Shown: piece by piece, positions 18,092-27,566 of the stretch
How the letters are laid out: each line of letters opens with the position of its first letter
Position numbering within the stretch: position 1 is the stretch's first letter
Source of the DNA: Methylorubrum extorquens
Lineage (GTDB): Bacteria > Pseudomonadota > Alphaproteobacteria > Rhizobiales > Beijerinckiaceae
Length of the DNA stretch: 32,000 nt
Assembly (NCBI GenBank): GCA_900234795.1
Contig: LT962688.1
Span: forward strand, 3,660,001 to 3,692,000
Direction of reading: 5' to 3'
Position numbers and translations under genes: made by a program
The notes under the pieces: generated by a model
What the model was told of the DNA's origin: nothing
Seen by the model: the letters and a program-made list of their open reading frames with translations, nothing else
The model's database searches: none

Positions 18092-20272
18092 TTGGACTTG
18101 AGACGTCGCGGAACGAACGAAGTCGCGTTTGCGCTTCTGGCAGGCACGGCCGTTGCAGTTGCCCTCCCTGCACGGGCACAACCCCTTGTTCCGGTTGAGG
18201 CGTCTCCCGCCGCGGTCGCGCTGGATGAACTGGCCGTCGAAGGCCTCGGCCGCGGCGCGCTGCGCCTTGAGCCCCAGGGCGGCGTCACGGTCGGCTATCT
18301 CGGCAAGGCGACGCGCAGCGCCACCAAGACGCCGACGCCCCTACTCGACACGCCGCAATCCGTCTCGGTCATTACGCGCGAGCAGATCCTCGACCAGGGC
18401 TTCCAGTCGATCGGCGAGGCGACGCGCTACGTGCCGGGCGTGATCCAGGCCCAGGGCGAGGGCAATCGTGACGAGCTGATCATCCGCGGTCAGCGCTCGA
18501 ATGCCGACTTCTTCGTCAACGGCATTCGCGACGACGTGCAGTATTACCGCGACCTCTACAACATCCAGCGCATCGAAGTGCTGAAGGGGCCCAATGCGAT
18601 GATCTTCGGCCGCGGCGGCGGCGGCGGCGTCATCAATCGCGTGCTCAAGGAAGCCGACGGCGTCCCGACCCGCGAGATCGTCGCCCAGGGCGGCCAGTTC
18701 GCGAACAAGCGCGTGGCGCTCGATGTCGGCGACCGCGTCTCCGACAGCGTGTTCTTTCGTATGAACGGCGTGTTCGAGGATACGGCGACCTACCGCGACT
18801 TCGTCGATATCCGCCGCTACGGCGTGAACCCGACGATGACCTTCCTGCTCGGGCCGCAGACGACGCTGCGCCTGTCCTACGAGTACTTCCACGACGACCG
18901 CACGACCGATCGCGGCATCCCCTCGCAGTTCGGCCGGCCCTACCGGTATCGCGACAACCGGGCGACCTATTTCGGCAACCCGTTCCTGTCGCCGACCTAC
19001 GTCAACGCCCACATCGCCACGGCGCAGCTCGACCACGTCTTTGAGAACGGCGTCGTGATGCGCAGTCAGTCACGCATCGCCGATTACGAAAAATTCTATC
19101 AGAACGTCTTCCCCGGCGGGGCGGTGAACGCGGCCGGCACGGCCGTCAACATCTCGGCCTATAACAGCCAGACCGACCGGACGAACTACTTCAACCAGAC
19201 CGACTTCACCTACCAGTTCCTCACGGGCCCAGTGAAGCACACCCTGCTCGGCGGGTTCGAACTCGGCTACCAGGAAGGTCTGAGCGTCCGTGAAGACGGC
19301 TTCTTCGCGACCACCGGTACGCAGACCCTCGTCGTCAACCCGCTCGCGCCGCTGACGCGCGTCGGCGTCAACTTCCGCAACATCGCCAGCGGGGCCAACA
19401 GCACCTACGATCTCGGTCTCGCCGCGGCCTACGTGCAGGATCAGGTCGAACTGAACGACTACGTGCAGCTCATCGGCGGCCTGCGCTTCGACCATTTCGA
19501 CTTCGCAGCAACCGACCGGCGCACCAACATCACCAATGCCCGCGTGGACGACCTGATCTCGCCCCGCGCCGGCCTCGTCGTGAAGCCGCTGCCGAACCTC
19601 GCCTTCTACACGAGCTACAGCATCTCCTACCTGCCCTCGTCAGGCGATCAGTTCAGCGCATTGACGCCGGGCCTCGTCATCGCTCAGCCGGAGAGATTCG
19701 AGAACACGGAAGTGGGCGTGAAGTACGACGTCTCGCCCGTGCTTCAGCTCACCGGCGCGCTGTTCAACCTCGACCGCACCAACCAGCGCATCGCCGATCC
19801 GAACCGGCCCGGCTTCTTCCTGACCTCGGGCCAGACCAACACGCAGGGCGCGGAGATCGGCGCCAACGGCTACGTCACCGATTGGTGGTCGATCGCGGGC
19901 GGCTACGCCTTCACCGATGCGCGCATCGCGAACCGGCTCTCCGATACGATCGTGGCCGGCAACTTCGTCGGCCTCGTGCCGCTCAATTCCTTCACGCTGT
20001 GGAACAAGTTCGACATCGATCCGAGCTTCTCGGTCGGCGTCGGCTTCATCAACCAGTCGCACTCCTTCGCGACTTCGGACAACACCGTTCGGCTTCCGAG
20101 CTACTCGCGCTTCGATCTGGGCCTGTTCTACCGGATCAGCGAGAACGCACGCGCGCAGGTGAACATCGAGAACCTGTTCGACCGCAACTACATCGTCTCG
20201 GCGCACAACAACAACAACATCCTGCCCGGTGCCCCCCGCACGGTCCGGGCACAGATCATCGTGCGCTGGTAG
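18092..20272 (+). CDS. TonB-dependent siderophore-type outer-membrane receptor
   Basis: 726-aa ORF (TTG 18092 or 18098 after GGGGGA). Signal peptide. Plug motifs DTPQSVSVITREQILDQG, RGQRSNADFFVNGIRDD and IEVLKGPNAMIFGRGGGGGVINRV. C-terminal barrel ends RAQIIVRW. No N-terminal STN signalling extension. Confidence 0.9.
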   Translation: MDLRRRGTNEVAFALLAGTAVAVALPARAQPLVPVEASPAAVALDELAVEGLGRGALRLEPQGGVTVGYLGKATRSATKTPTPLLDTPQSVSVITREQILDQGFQSIGEATRYVPGVIQAQGEGNRDELIIRGQRSNADFFVNGIRDDVQYYRDLYNIQRIEVLKGPNAMIFGRGGGGGVINRVLKEADGVPTREIVAQGGQFANKRVALDVGDRVSDSVFFRMNGVFEDTATYRDFVDIRRYGVNPTMTFLLGPQTTLRLSYEYFHDDRTTDRGIPSQFGRPYRYRDNRATYFGNPFLSPTYVNAHIATAQLDHVFENGVVMRSQSRIADYEKFYQNVFPGGAVNAAGTAVNISAYNSQTDRTNYFNQTDFTYQFLTGPVKHTLLGGFELGYQEGLSVREDGFFATTGTQTLVVNPLAPLTRVGVNFRNIASGANSTYDLGLAAAYVQDQVELNDYVQLIGGLRFDHFDFAATDRRTNITNARVDDLISPRAGLVVKPLPNLAFYTSYSISYLPSSGDQFSALTPGLVIAQPERFENTEVGVKYDVSPVLQLTGALFNLDRTNQRIADPNRPGFFLTSGQTNTQGAEIGANGYVTDWWSIAGGYAFTDARIANRLSDTIVAGNFVGLVPLNSFTLWNKFDIDPSFSVGVGFINQSHSFATSDNTVRLPSYSRFDLGLFYRISENARAQVNIENLFDRNYIVSAHNNNNILPGAPRTVRAQIIVRW

Positions 20273-20280
20273 CCGCCCCT

Positions 20281-20308
20281 CCCGCTTCCGGGCACGCCCG
20301 GAGGCGGG
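20281..20308. terminator. Long GC hairpin between convergent stops (TonB-dependent receptor / DUF2794)
   Basis: CCCGCTTCCGGGC-AC-GCCCGGAGGCGGG, about 12-13 bp including one G-U pair. No clear U-tract. Confidence 0.45.
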
Positions 20309-20309
20309 A

Positions 20310-20705
20310 TCACACCGCCCGCAACGGCCCCTCCAGCACGCCGATGACGCGGGCGAGGTCGTTGCCGCGCTTCATCACGAGGCCGCTCGCCGCGATCACC
20401 GCGTAGGCGCCCTGGCGGCGGGCGAGCTTGGGATCCTTCTCGATCCGATAGAGCGGCATCTCGGAGGCGCGGCGGTAGATCGAGAACACCGCCTTGTCGC
20501 GGCGGAAATCGAGGGCGTAGTCGCGCCACTCGCCCTCGGCGACGCGCCGTCCGTAGAGGTTGAAGATGGTCCGCAACTCGTCGCGCTGGAAGGCGACCTG
20601 CGGAGTGGTGGGCGACGGAAACGGGATCACTTGCGGCGTGACGTGCGGTGCCACTTGGCTGTCCCGGTCGTTCGAGCGGTGATCGACGCTCTGCCCCTCG
20701 CTCAT
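20310..20705 (-). CDS. DUF2794 domain-containing protein
   Basis: ATG 20705 (GGGAG RBS) within ORF 20310..20834 gives 131 aa. FQRDELRTIFNLYGRRVAEGEWRDYALDF...VFSIYRRASEMPLYRIEK matches the conserved alphaproteobacterial DUF2794. Confidence 0.8.
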   Translation of the reverse strand: MSEGQSVDHRSNDRDSQVAPHVTPQVIPFPSPTTPQVAFQRDELRTIFNLYGRRVAEGEWRDYALDFRRDKAVFSIYRRASEMPLYRIEKDPKLARRQGAYAVIAASGLVMKRGNDLARVIGVLEGPLRAV

Positions 20706-21042
20706 CGTCACTCCCGTAGCGGTGCCGGCGTTCCTGCGGCGTGGGGGAGATGATGGGCTCCGCAGCAGGCACCCGCAAGGTGCTTCGCCGGCCATCGTTC
20801 GCGTAGCGTGGTTTCGACGCGGCGCGCGACTCATGTGCGTCGCCGCACGGTGAGGTGGTGAACATCACCGTCCCGCCGCAGACTCGCCTTGCCATCGCCA
20901 CCGCGACACGCTTTCACTGTGGCTTGAAACCTCGTCGGTCTGTCCACCGCGGCGGCGCCTGAACCCGAGCTCCCCAGCCCTCGGGCAATGCCGCGGATCT
21001 CGGCAAACCGGCATCCAGGGGTTTCGAGACCCAAGGACTTCA

Positions 21043-21072
21043 GGCGGCCTCCTCGGAGCGCCGCCCTTTTTT
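21043..21072 (+). terminator. Orphan Rho-independent terminator inside the bluB upstream region
   Basis: GGCGGC (21043-21048) pairs with GCCGCC (21060-21065). An inner CTC/GAG extension pairs with a 1-nt bulge. The stem is followed by C-TTTTTT (21067-21072). There is no plus-strand CDS upstream of it, and it lies 147 nt before the bluB ATG. Confidence 0.65.
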
Positions 21073-21218
21073 CGTGTCGAGGCTCCCGCCTCGCGCGGGT
21101 GCATCGGCCCGAAAGCCGGTGGCCACCTCTCGGAACGAGGCTCGCGGCGGGGAGCCGCGGCCGCGGCCCCCAACAACCATCTTGGCAGCCGCGCCCGCTG
21201 GCGCGAGAAGCGGCGGCG

Positions 21219-21884
21219 ATGTCCGAGTCCTCTCCCCCCGCAGCGGCGCCTCCGCCCGTCTTCGACGACGCCTTCCGCGCCCGCCTCGCGGACCTGTTCG
21301 CGTGGCGGCGGGACGTGCGGCGCTTCTCCCGCGAACCGGTCGACGAGGCCGCGCTGCGAACCTGCCTCGATCTGGCGGCGCTGGCTCCCTCCGTCGGCAA
21401 CAGCCAGCCCTGGCGGTTCGTGCGGGTGTCCGAGCCCCGGCGGCGCGCAGCGGTCATCGCAAGCTTCGAGCGCTGCAACGCCGCCGCCTGCGCGACCTAT
21501 GCCGACGAACAACGGGCGCTCTACGCCCGCCTGAAGCTCGCGGGCCTGCGCGAGGCGCCGGTTCATCTCGCGGTGTTCTGCGATTCAGGGACGGGCGCCG
21601 GCCACGGCCTCGGCCGCGCGACCATGCCGGAGATGCTGCGCTACTCGGTGGCAGCCTGCATCCATGCTTTCTGGCTTGCCGCCCGCGCCCACGGCATCGG
21701 CGTCGGCTGGGTCTCGATCCTCGAACCCACCCTCGTGACGGACGCCCTCGACGTGCCGGAGGGCTGGGACCTGGTCGCCTATCTCTGTGTCGGCCACCCG
21801 GTCGAGGAGCATGCCGACCCGGAACTCGTCCGCCACGGCTGGCAGGAGCGGCACCCGGAAGCGACCCGGCTCCATGAACGCTAA
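21219..21884 (+). CDS. bluB: 5,6-dimethylbenzimidazole synthase (nitroreductase-fold BluB)
   Basis: ATG 21219 within ORF 20988..21884 gives 221 aa. RRDVRRFSREPVDEAAL, PSVGNSQPWRFVRV, GLREAPVHLAVFCD and GIGVGWVSIL are typical of BluB/CobT2. Confidence 0.85.
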   Translation: MSESSPPAAAPPPVFDDAFRARLADLFAWRRDVRRFSREPVDEAALRTCLDLAALAPSVGNSQPWRFVRVSEPRRRAAVIASFERCNAAACATYADEQRALYARLKLAGLREAPVHLAVFCDSGTGAGHGLGRATMPEMLRYSVAACIHAFWLAARAHGIGVGWVSILEPTLVTDALDVPEGWDLVAYLCVGHPVEEHADPELVRHGWQERHPEATRLHER

Positions 21885-22072
21885 GACCAGCGCTAAGGCC
21901 GGCGCCCCGAGCCGATACTTAAAATTTGCCGGAATTTCCGAGCCCGGCATTCGCTAAGCCGCCAAGAGGCCGTGCATGGGGCGCGCATTTCGCGGCGCGT
22001 AAAGCAGAATCGCAAGCTGGAACGGCGGATCGTCTTCGTCAGTTACGCTCCAGCTTCGAAAGGCGATCTTCG

Positions 22073-22588
22073 ATGTTCAGGACAGTCAAGTACAGGGCGC
22101 GTCTCGCGGGTGCGCTCGCGGCGGCTTTGTGCGCGGCCGGTGCCGCGCAGGCCCGGGAAGTCGTCCCCTTCGCCGACGGACTCGGTGCGGGCACGATCGT
22201 GGTGCGCACCACCGAGCGCCGGCTCTACCTCGTCAACGGCGACGGCACGGCGATCCGCTACCCCGTCGCAGTCGGCAAGCCGGGCAAGCAGTGGAGCGGC
22301 GCCACGCAGATCGACGGCAAATATTACCAGCCCGACTGGTCGCCCCCGGCGGAGGTGAAGCGCGACAACCCGCGCCTGCCTAACCTCATCCGCGGCGGCT
22401 CGCCGAGCAATCCGATGGGCGTGGCGGCCATGACCCTGCGCGGCGGCGAATACGCCATCCACGGCACCAACCGGCCGAATTCGATCGGCACCTTCGCGTC
22501 CTACGGCTGTATCCGCATGTACAACCAGGACATCGCCGACCTGTTCGGGCGCGTCGCCGTCGGCACCGAGGTGTATGTGATGCGGTAA
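22073..22588 (+). CDS. L,D-transpeptidase (YkuD domain)
   Basis: ATG 22073 gives 171 aa. Signal peptide, then the catalytic motif YAIHGTNRPNSIGTFASYGCIRMYNQD (the HG...SxGCIRM signature). Confidence 0.85.
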   Translation: MFRTVKYRARLAGALAAALCAAGAAQAREVVPFADGLGAGTIVVRTTERRLYLVNGDGTAIRYPVAVGKPGKQWSGATQIDGKYYQPDWSPPAEVKRDNPRLPNLIRGGSPSNPMGVAAMTLRGGEYAIHGTNRPNSIGTFASYGCIRMYNQDIADLFGRVAVGTEVYVMR

Positions 22589-22760
22589 GCGGCGGTTCGG
22601 GCCGCGGCCATCCGCAGCGTTGCGCGGGCCGGGCGGCCTGTTGTGGAGCGGTGAGCGTGGGGGCCGCCCCGCGTCGGCGCCGCTGGCGCGACGAGGCGCC
22701 CTCGCCTATGCGCCGGTGAGCCGCCCGCTTCCGGGCCAGAAGACCCGTCACTGCTGCGCC

Positions 22761-24509
22761 ATGCTGAAGGCCTTCCTCGCCTATTACCGGCCGCACCGGA
22801 CGCTGTTCCTGGTGGATTTCGGCTGCGCCGTGCTGTCGGGCCTGCTCGAACTCGGCTTCCCGCTCGCGGTCAAAGCCTTCGTCGACCGGCTGCTGCCGCA
22901 GCAGGATTGGAGCCTGATCCTGCTCGCGGCAATGGGCCTGACGCTGCTCTACGTCGCCAATGCCGGCCTGATGGTGGTCGTCACCTATTGGGGCCACGTG
23001 CTCGGCATCAACATCGAGACCGAGATGCGCGCCCGCGCCTTCGACCACCTGCAGAAGCTCTCGTTCCGCTTCTTCGACGGGCAGAAGACCGGCCATCTGG
23101 TGGCGCGCATCACCAAGGATCTGGAGGAGATCGGCGAGGTCGCCCATCACGGGCCCGAGGATCTGTTCATCGCGGTGATGACGCTGTTCGGCGCCTTCGC
23201 GCTGATGTTCCTCGTCCACCCGCCGCTGGCGCTGATGACGCTCGCGATCCTGCCGCTGATCGCCTTCATCGTCATCCGCTACGGCGGGCGCATGACGCGC
23301 AACTGGCAGGCGCAGTACGGGCGCGTCGGCGCCTTCAACGCCCGCATCGAGGAGAATGTCGGCGGCATCCGCGTGGTGAAGGCCTTCGCCAACGAGGCGC
23401 ATGAGCGGGCGCTGTTTGCCTCCGACAACCGGAAGTACCGCACCACCAAGCTCGAAGCCTACCGGCTGATGGCGGGCGCCCTGTCGATCAACTACCTGGG
23501 CCTGCGCCTCGTGCAGATCGTGGTGCTCCTCGGAGGCGCCGCCTTCGTGGTGCGCGGTGACCTGACGCCCGGCGGCTTCGTCGGCTTCCTGCTCCTGGTG
23601 GCGGTGTTCTACCGGCCGCTGGAAAAGATCGGGGCGGTGATCGAGACCTACCCGAAGGGCATCGCCGGCTTTCGCCGCTACCAGGACCTGCTCGCCACCG
23701 AGCCCGACATCGCCGACCGGCCGGGCGCCGTCCCCGCCCCGCCGCTGAAGGGCGAGATCCGCTTCGAGGGCGTGCGCTTCGGCTACAGCCCGGACCGGCC
23801 GGTGCTCTCCGAGATCGACCTGACGATCCACGCGGGCGAGACGGTGGCCTTCGTCGGCCCCTCGGGAGCGGGCAAGACGACGCTGCTCTCGCTGATCCCG
23901 CGCTTCTACGAAGCGGAAGCCGGGCGCATCACCATCGACGGCCACGACATCCGCGAACTGACGCTGGCCTCGCTGCGCGGGCAGATCGGTATCGTCCAGC
24001 AGGACGTATTCCTGTTCGCCGGCACGATCCGCGAGAACATCGCCTATGGCCGCCTGCGCGCCAGCGAGGCCGAGATCCTGGACGCCGCCGCCCGTGCCCG
24101 GCTCGATGGGCTGATCGCCTCGCTGCCCGAGGGGCTCGACACGGTGATCGGTGAGCGCGGAGTGAAGCTCTCAGGGGGGCAGAAGCAGCGTCTCGCCATC
24201 GCCCGTGCCTTCCTCAAGAACCCGCCGATCCTGATCCTCGACGAGGCGACCTCGGCGCTGGACACGCAGACCGAGCGGGAGATCCAGGCCTCGCTGTTCG
24301 AACTGGCGGAAGGCCGCACGACGCTGGTCATCGCCCACCGGCTGGCCACGATCCGCCACGCCGACCGCATCGTGGTGGTGGCCGAGAACGGCATCGTCGA
24401 GCAGGGCCGTCACGACGTGCTGCTGGCCGGAGACGGCTACTACCGCCGCCTCCACGCGGCGCAGGTGGAGGATTCGCATCCGTCGCGGCCGCGCACGGCG
24501 GCGGAGTGA
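22761..24509 (+). CDS. ABC transporter, fused permease/ATP-binding exporter (MsbA/MDR type)
   Basis: ATG 22761 gives 582 aa. Six-TM exporter domain followed by Walker A GPSGAGKTT, signature LSGGQKQR and Walker B ILILDEATSALD. Confidence 0.9.
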   Translation: MLKAFLAYYRPHRTLFLVDFGCAVLSGLLELGFPLAVKAFVDRLLPQQDWSLILLAAMGLTLLYVANAGLMVVVTYWGHVLGINIETEMRARAFDHLQKLSFRFFDGQKTGHLVARITKDLEEIGEVAHHGPEDLFIAVMTLFGAFALMFLVHPPLALMTLAILPLIAFIVIRYGGRMTRNWQAQYGRVGAFNARIEENVGGIRVVKAFANEAHERALFASDNRKYRTTKLEAYRLMAGALSINYLGLRLVQIVVLLGGAAFVVRGDLTPGGFVGFLLLVAVFYRPLEKIGAVIETYPKGIAGFRRYQDLLATEPDIADRPGAVPAPPLKGEIRFEGVRFGYSPDRPVLSEIDLTIHAGETVAFVGPSGAGKTTLLSLIPRFYEAEAGRITIDGHDIRELTLASLRGQIGIVQQDVFLFAGTIRENIAYGRLRASEAEILDAAARARLDGLIASLPEGLDTVIGERGVKLSGGQKQRLAIARAFLKNPPILILDEATSALDTQTEREIQASLFELAEGRTTLVIAHRLATIRHADRIVVVAENGIVEQGRHDVLLAGDGYYRRLHAAQVEDSHPSRPRTAAE

Positions 24510-24518
24510 AGCGCCTTT

Positions 24519-24544
24519 CCCTCTCCCCGCGTGCGGGGCGAGGG
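24519..24544. terminator. GC hairpin between convergent ABC exporter and gmk
   Basis: CCCTCTCCCCGC-GT-GCGGGGCGAGGG (about 11-12 bp), followed by AATTCAAATTCT. Confidence 0.45.
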
Positions 24545-24555
24545 AATTCAAATTC

Positions 24556-25227
<672 letters not shown>

Positions 25228-25261
25228 CGGCGGGAAACTCCGCTGCGCATGTCTCTCGCTC

Positions 25262-26176
25262 TCATTCGACGTTCTGCACCTGCTCGCGGAATTGCTCCAC
25301 CACGGCCTTCAAGTCGAGTCCGATCCGCGACAGGCTGATGTCGCCGGCCTTGGCACACAGGGTGTTGGCCTCGCGGCCGAGTTCCTGGGCGAGAAAATCG
25401 AGCCGCCGGCCGATCGCGCCGCCCAGAGCCAGCAGTTCGCTGATGGCCGCGAGGTGAGCGCGCAGGCGGTCGAGCTCCTCTCGCACATCCGCCTTGGCCG
25501 CGATCAGCACCGCCTCCTGATGCAGGCGGTCGGGGTCGAGCCCACCGGCGCCGACGAGAGCCGCCACCGCATCCGCGAGCCGGGCGCGCACCGCCTCGGG
25601 CCGGCGAGCGGGGCAGTCCTCGGCGGCCTGGGTCAGGCGGGCGATATCCGCGATCTGGCCCTCCACGATCGCGTGCAGCCGCGCCCCTTCCGCGCGGCGG
25701 GCGGAAACGAGATCGGCCACGAGTGTCTCGATCCCGGCGACGAGATCCCGATTGAGCGCCTCAGGATCGGCCCCGGCCTCGCTCTCGGTCTCGACGACAC
25801 CGCGCACGGCGAGCAGCCCGTCGAGCGTCGCCGGGCCGACTTCGGCGGGGCGCGGCACGCGGGCGACGGCCGCGGCGAGGTTCGCCAGCAGGGCTTCGTC
25901 GATGCGCACCCGCACCGCCGCCTCGGGCCGCGTCAAGGTGAGACCGAGCTGGCACTGGCCGCGAGAGAGCGCCTTGGACAGAGCGATGCGGGCCGCCTCC
26001 CCCGCCGCCTCGAAGCTGTTCGGCGCGCGCACGCGGATATCGAGCCCACGCCCGTTCACGGTGCGGATCTCCCACAACCACTGCACCGCGCCGGTCGTGC
26101 CGGCGGAGCGGGCAAACCCGGTCATGCTCGCGATGGTCTTGTCTTCGCTGGTCTTGCCTGCGCTGGTTTGTGCCAA
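25262..26176 (-). CDS. yicC: YicC/YloC family endoribonuclease (stress-induced protein)
   Basis: Contains SMTGFARS...WEIRTVNGRGLDIRVRAP and a C-terminal DIxLxRIGLDLKAVVEQFREQVQNVE. Adjacent to gmk, as in many bacteria. Start is uncertain (TTG 26176 or ATG 26125). Confidence 0.85.
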   Translation of the reverse strand: MAQTSAGKTSEDKTIASMTGFARSAGTTGAVQWLWEIRTVNGRGLDIRVRAPNSFEAAGEAARIALSKALSRGQCQLGLTLTRPEAAVRVRIDEALLANLAAAVARVPRPAEVGPATLDGLLAVRGVVETESEAGADPEALNRDLVAGIETLVADLVSARRAEGARLHAIVEGQIADIARLTQAAEDCPARRPEAVRARLADAVAALVGAGGLDPDRLHQEAVLIAAKADVREELDRLRAHLAAISELLALGGAIGRRLDFLAQELGREANTLCAKAGDISLSRIGLDLKAVVEQFREQVQNVE

Positions 26177-26261
26177 AGGCGCGTCGCTCCCGCTCGTCCT
26201 CCATCGGCGCTCAGCCGCTCATCGCGGGGAACGACTCCGGAAAAGGTCGGTTTGTCGGATA

Positions 26262-26283
26262 CGCGCTTTCGGCAAGAAAGCGC
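26262..26283. repeat. Possible internally deleted mini-copy of the intergenic repeat (hairpin)
   Basis: GCGCTTTC-GGCAA-GAAAGCGC. This is the same 8-bp stem arms and flanking GGC..AAGAAAGCGC as the outer stem of copy A (9604-9647), but without the about 28-nt interior. Confidence 0.3.
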
Positions 26284-26433
26284 AATGCGGAGGCGGGCGG
26301 AAGGCCGGCCCGGCCGCCCTGAGCGCGTGCGCTGCACCACGACCGCGCCACCCTATTCTGCACAAAAAACGCTCACGTCATTTAATGATGCAAGAGCCCA
26401 GCGTCCAAGCAGGCATGAATACTGTGCATCAGC

Positions 26434-26462
26434 TTGACGCTGATAATGTGTCTTCCTAACTT
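26434..26462 (+). promoter_or_regulatory. Sigma70-like promoter candidate for the 181-aa orphan gene
   Basis: TTGACG (26434-26439), a 17-nt spacer, then TAACTT (26457-26462), about 45 nt upstream of ATG 26508 in an AT-rich patch. Confidence 0.4.
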
Positions 26463-26507
26463 CCAAGTCGATCAAAGGGCACCGAACAATCGAGCGGGGA
26501 CCCATCC

Positions 26508-27053
26508 ATGACGAACCCCTTCGACATCAAGAATCGCTTCCGGGCGCGCCTGCGCGCGGCCGACGCGCAGAAGCATCGGATCCAGGCCAAGCTTCTTCAG
26601 GACGGCGTTCGGGCGCTGGCTCCGATCACCGAGGCCCTGAGCCTGATGGCCGAGGTGTTGGAAGAGGACGGCATCGAACACGGCCGGATCACCTGCCCCG
26701 CCCCGGAGGTGGATCGCGACGATTTCGTCGGCTTCACCGCCACGTTGCAGAACGACGCCGGTCAGGAGCACCGGATCACCGTGAAGTACGGCCCCGTTCT
26801 GGGTGGGCGCAACTTCATCGCGGTGAACGGCCTGGGGGCGGAGTACAACGAACGGCTGCTCACCCTGGCCAGCAACACGACGCCGGGCCTCGGCCGCTGC
26901 GTCGGCAGCGACGTGCATGTCGAGGCCGATCGCGGCGGTGACCTGGCCGAGATCCTGCGCGAGATGGTCGAGGACTTCTTCGCCGGCCATAGCGAGGCGC
27001 CGATCCGCACAGGGGCGACCGAGGCGCGCGGCCGTCTGGCGCTGGTGCAGTAG
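26508..27053 (+). CDS. Hypothetical cytoplasmic protein, no family recognised
   Basis: 181-aa ORF with a GGGGA RBS and acidic composition. No TM segment or signal peptide. No motif I can assign. Confidence 0.6.
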   Translation: MTNPFDIKNRFRARLRAADAQKHRIQAKLLQDGVRALAPITEALSLMAEVLEEDGIEHGRITCPAPEVDRDDFVGFTATLQNDAGQEHRITVKYGPVLGGRNFIAVNGLGAEYNERLLTLASNTTPGLGRCVGSDVHVEADRGGDLAEILREMVEDFFAGHSEAPIRTGATEARGRLALVQ

Positions 27054-27130
27054 GCGCCGCGCGCGGCACTTGCGGACCGTCCCGGCCGCGGGATCAGGAC
27101 TTCGCCGTTACGGTGCGGCGGAGCGTCCGC

Positions 27131-27346
27131 TCACGGGTCGAGGCGGCGCGCCCGGGTGGCGCGGGCCATGGCGATGAGCTCGTTGGCGGTGAGGTTGTGC
27201 GACGGCAGGCGCGCCTCGGATTCGATGGGGTGCAAGTCGATGGAGCGCCGGTCCAGCGGAGGCGCGGCGGCGGAGAGCAGTCCCGGATTCCAGCTCGGCC
27301 AGAGACTGCGAATGCGAGATGTCTTCCTGGTCGCCGATACCGCCAT
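27131..27346 (-). CDS. Hypothetical small protein (71 aa)
   Basis: ATG 27346 is preceded by GGAGG with a 4-nt spacer; the ORF track extends it to GTG 27367. Third-position G/C is very high by manual codon inspection, as in neighbouring real genes. It lies downstream of the DAHP synthase terminator. No family recognised. Confidence 0.45.
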   Translation of the reverse strand: MAVSATRKTSRIRSLWPSWNPGLLSAAAPPLDRRSIDLHPIESEARLPSHNLTANELIAMARATRARRLDP

Positions 27347-27499
27347 GCCGCCTCCGAAGCCGATCACTTAAGAGGATGATAACCAAGCTCGGGCGCGAGA
27401 AACATTCTTGACGCGCGCCGATGTGGTGCTTCGCCGAATCTTTTGTCGGCTGCGCGTCGGGGCGGAGGCGGCCTTCGCTGCACATGGGTTCGCACAACG

Positions 27500-27537
27500 A
27501 AAAAGGCGGGCGCGATCCTGCATGATCGCACCCGCCC
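27500..27537 (-). terminator. Rho-independent terminator of the DAHP synthase gene
   Basis: On the minus strand: GGGCGGGTGCGATC-ATGCAG-GATCGCGCCCGCC followed by TTTTT (plus-strand A-run 27500-27504). Confidence 0.7.
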
Positions 27538-27566
27538 CATCGCATTCCGATCCGATCGGACCGAGG

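Noticed and set aside
20850-21072. Canonical cobalamin riboswitch upstream of bluB
   Set aside because: I looked for the conserved GGGAA, GGTGnnAAnCC, CCCGCAACTGTA, GCCACTG and AGCCAGGAGACCTGCC blocks and found only fragmentary similarity, so I do not annotate it as a riboswitch. It needs a covariance-model search.
20831-21566. 215-aa and 233-aa minus-strand ORFs, and the upstream extension of the bluB ORF (20988-21218), covering the bluB upstream region
   Set aside because: The translations are Arg/Pro/Gly-rich and not protein-like. BluB homology begins at ATG 21219. I treat the region as non-coding (see the finding above).
26228-26252. EcfG/general-stress-type promoter (GGAAC-N16-GGTT) upstream of the 181-aa orphan gene
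   Set aside because: The -10 reads GGTT/CGGTT rather than CGTT, and it lies ~275 nt from the start codon. It is a single weak match. Similar GGAAC motifs at 11157, 30281 and on the minus strand near 31810 also lack a proper -10.
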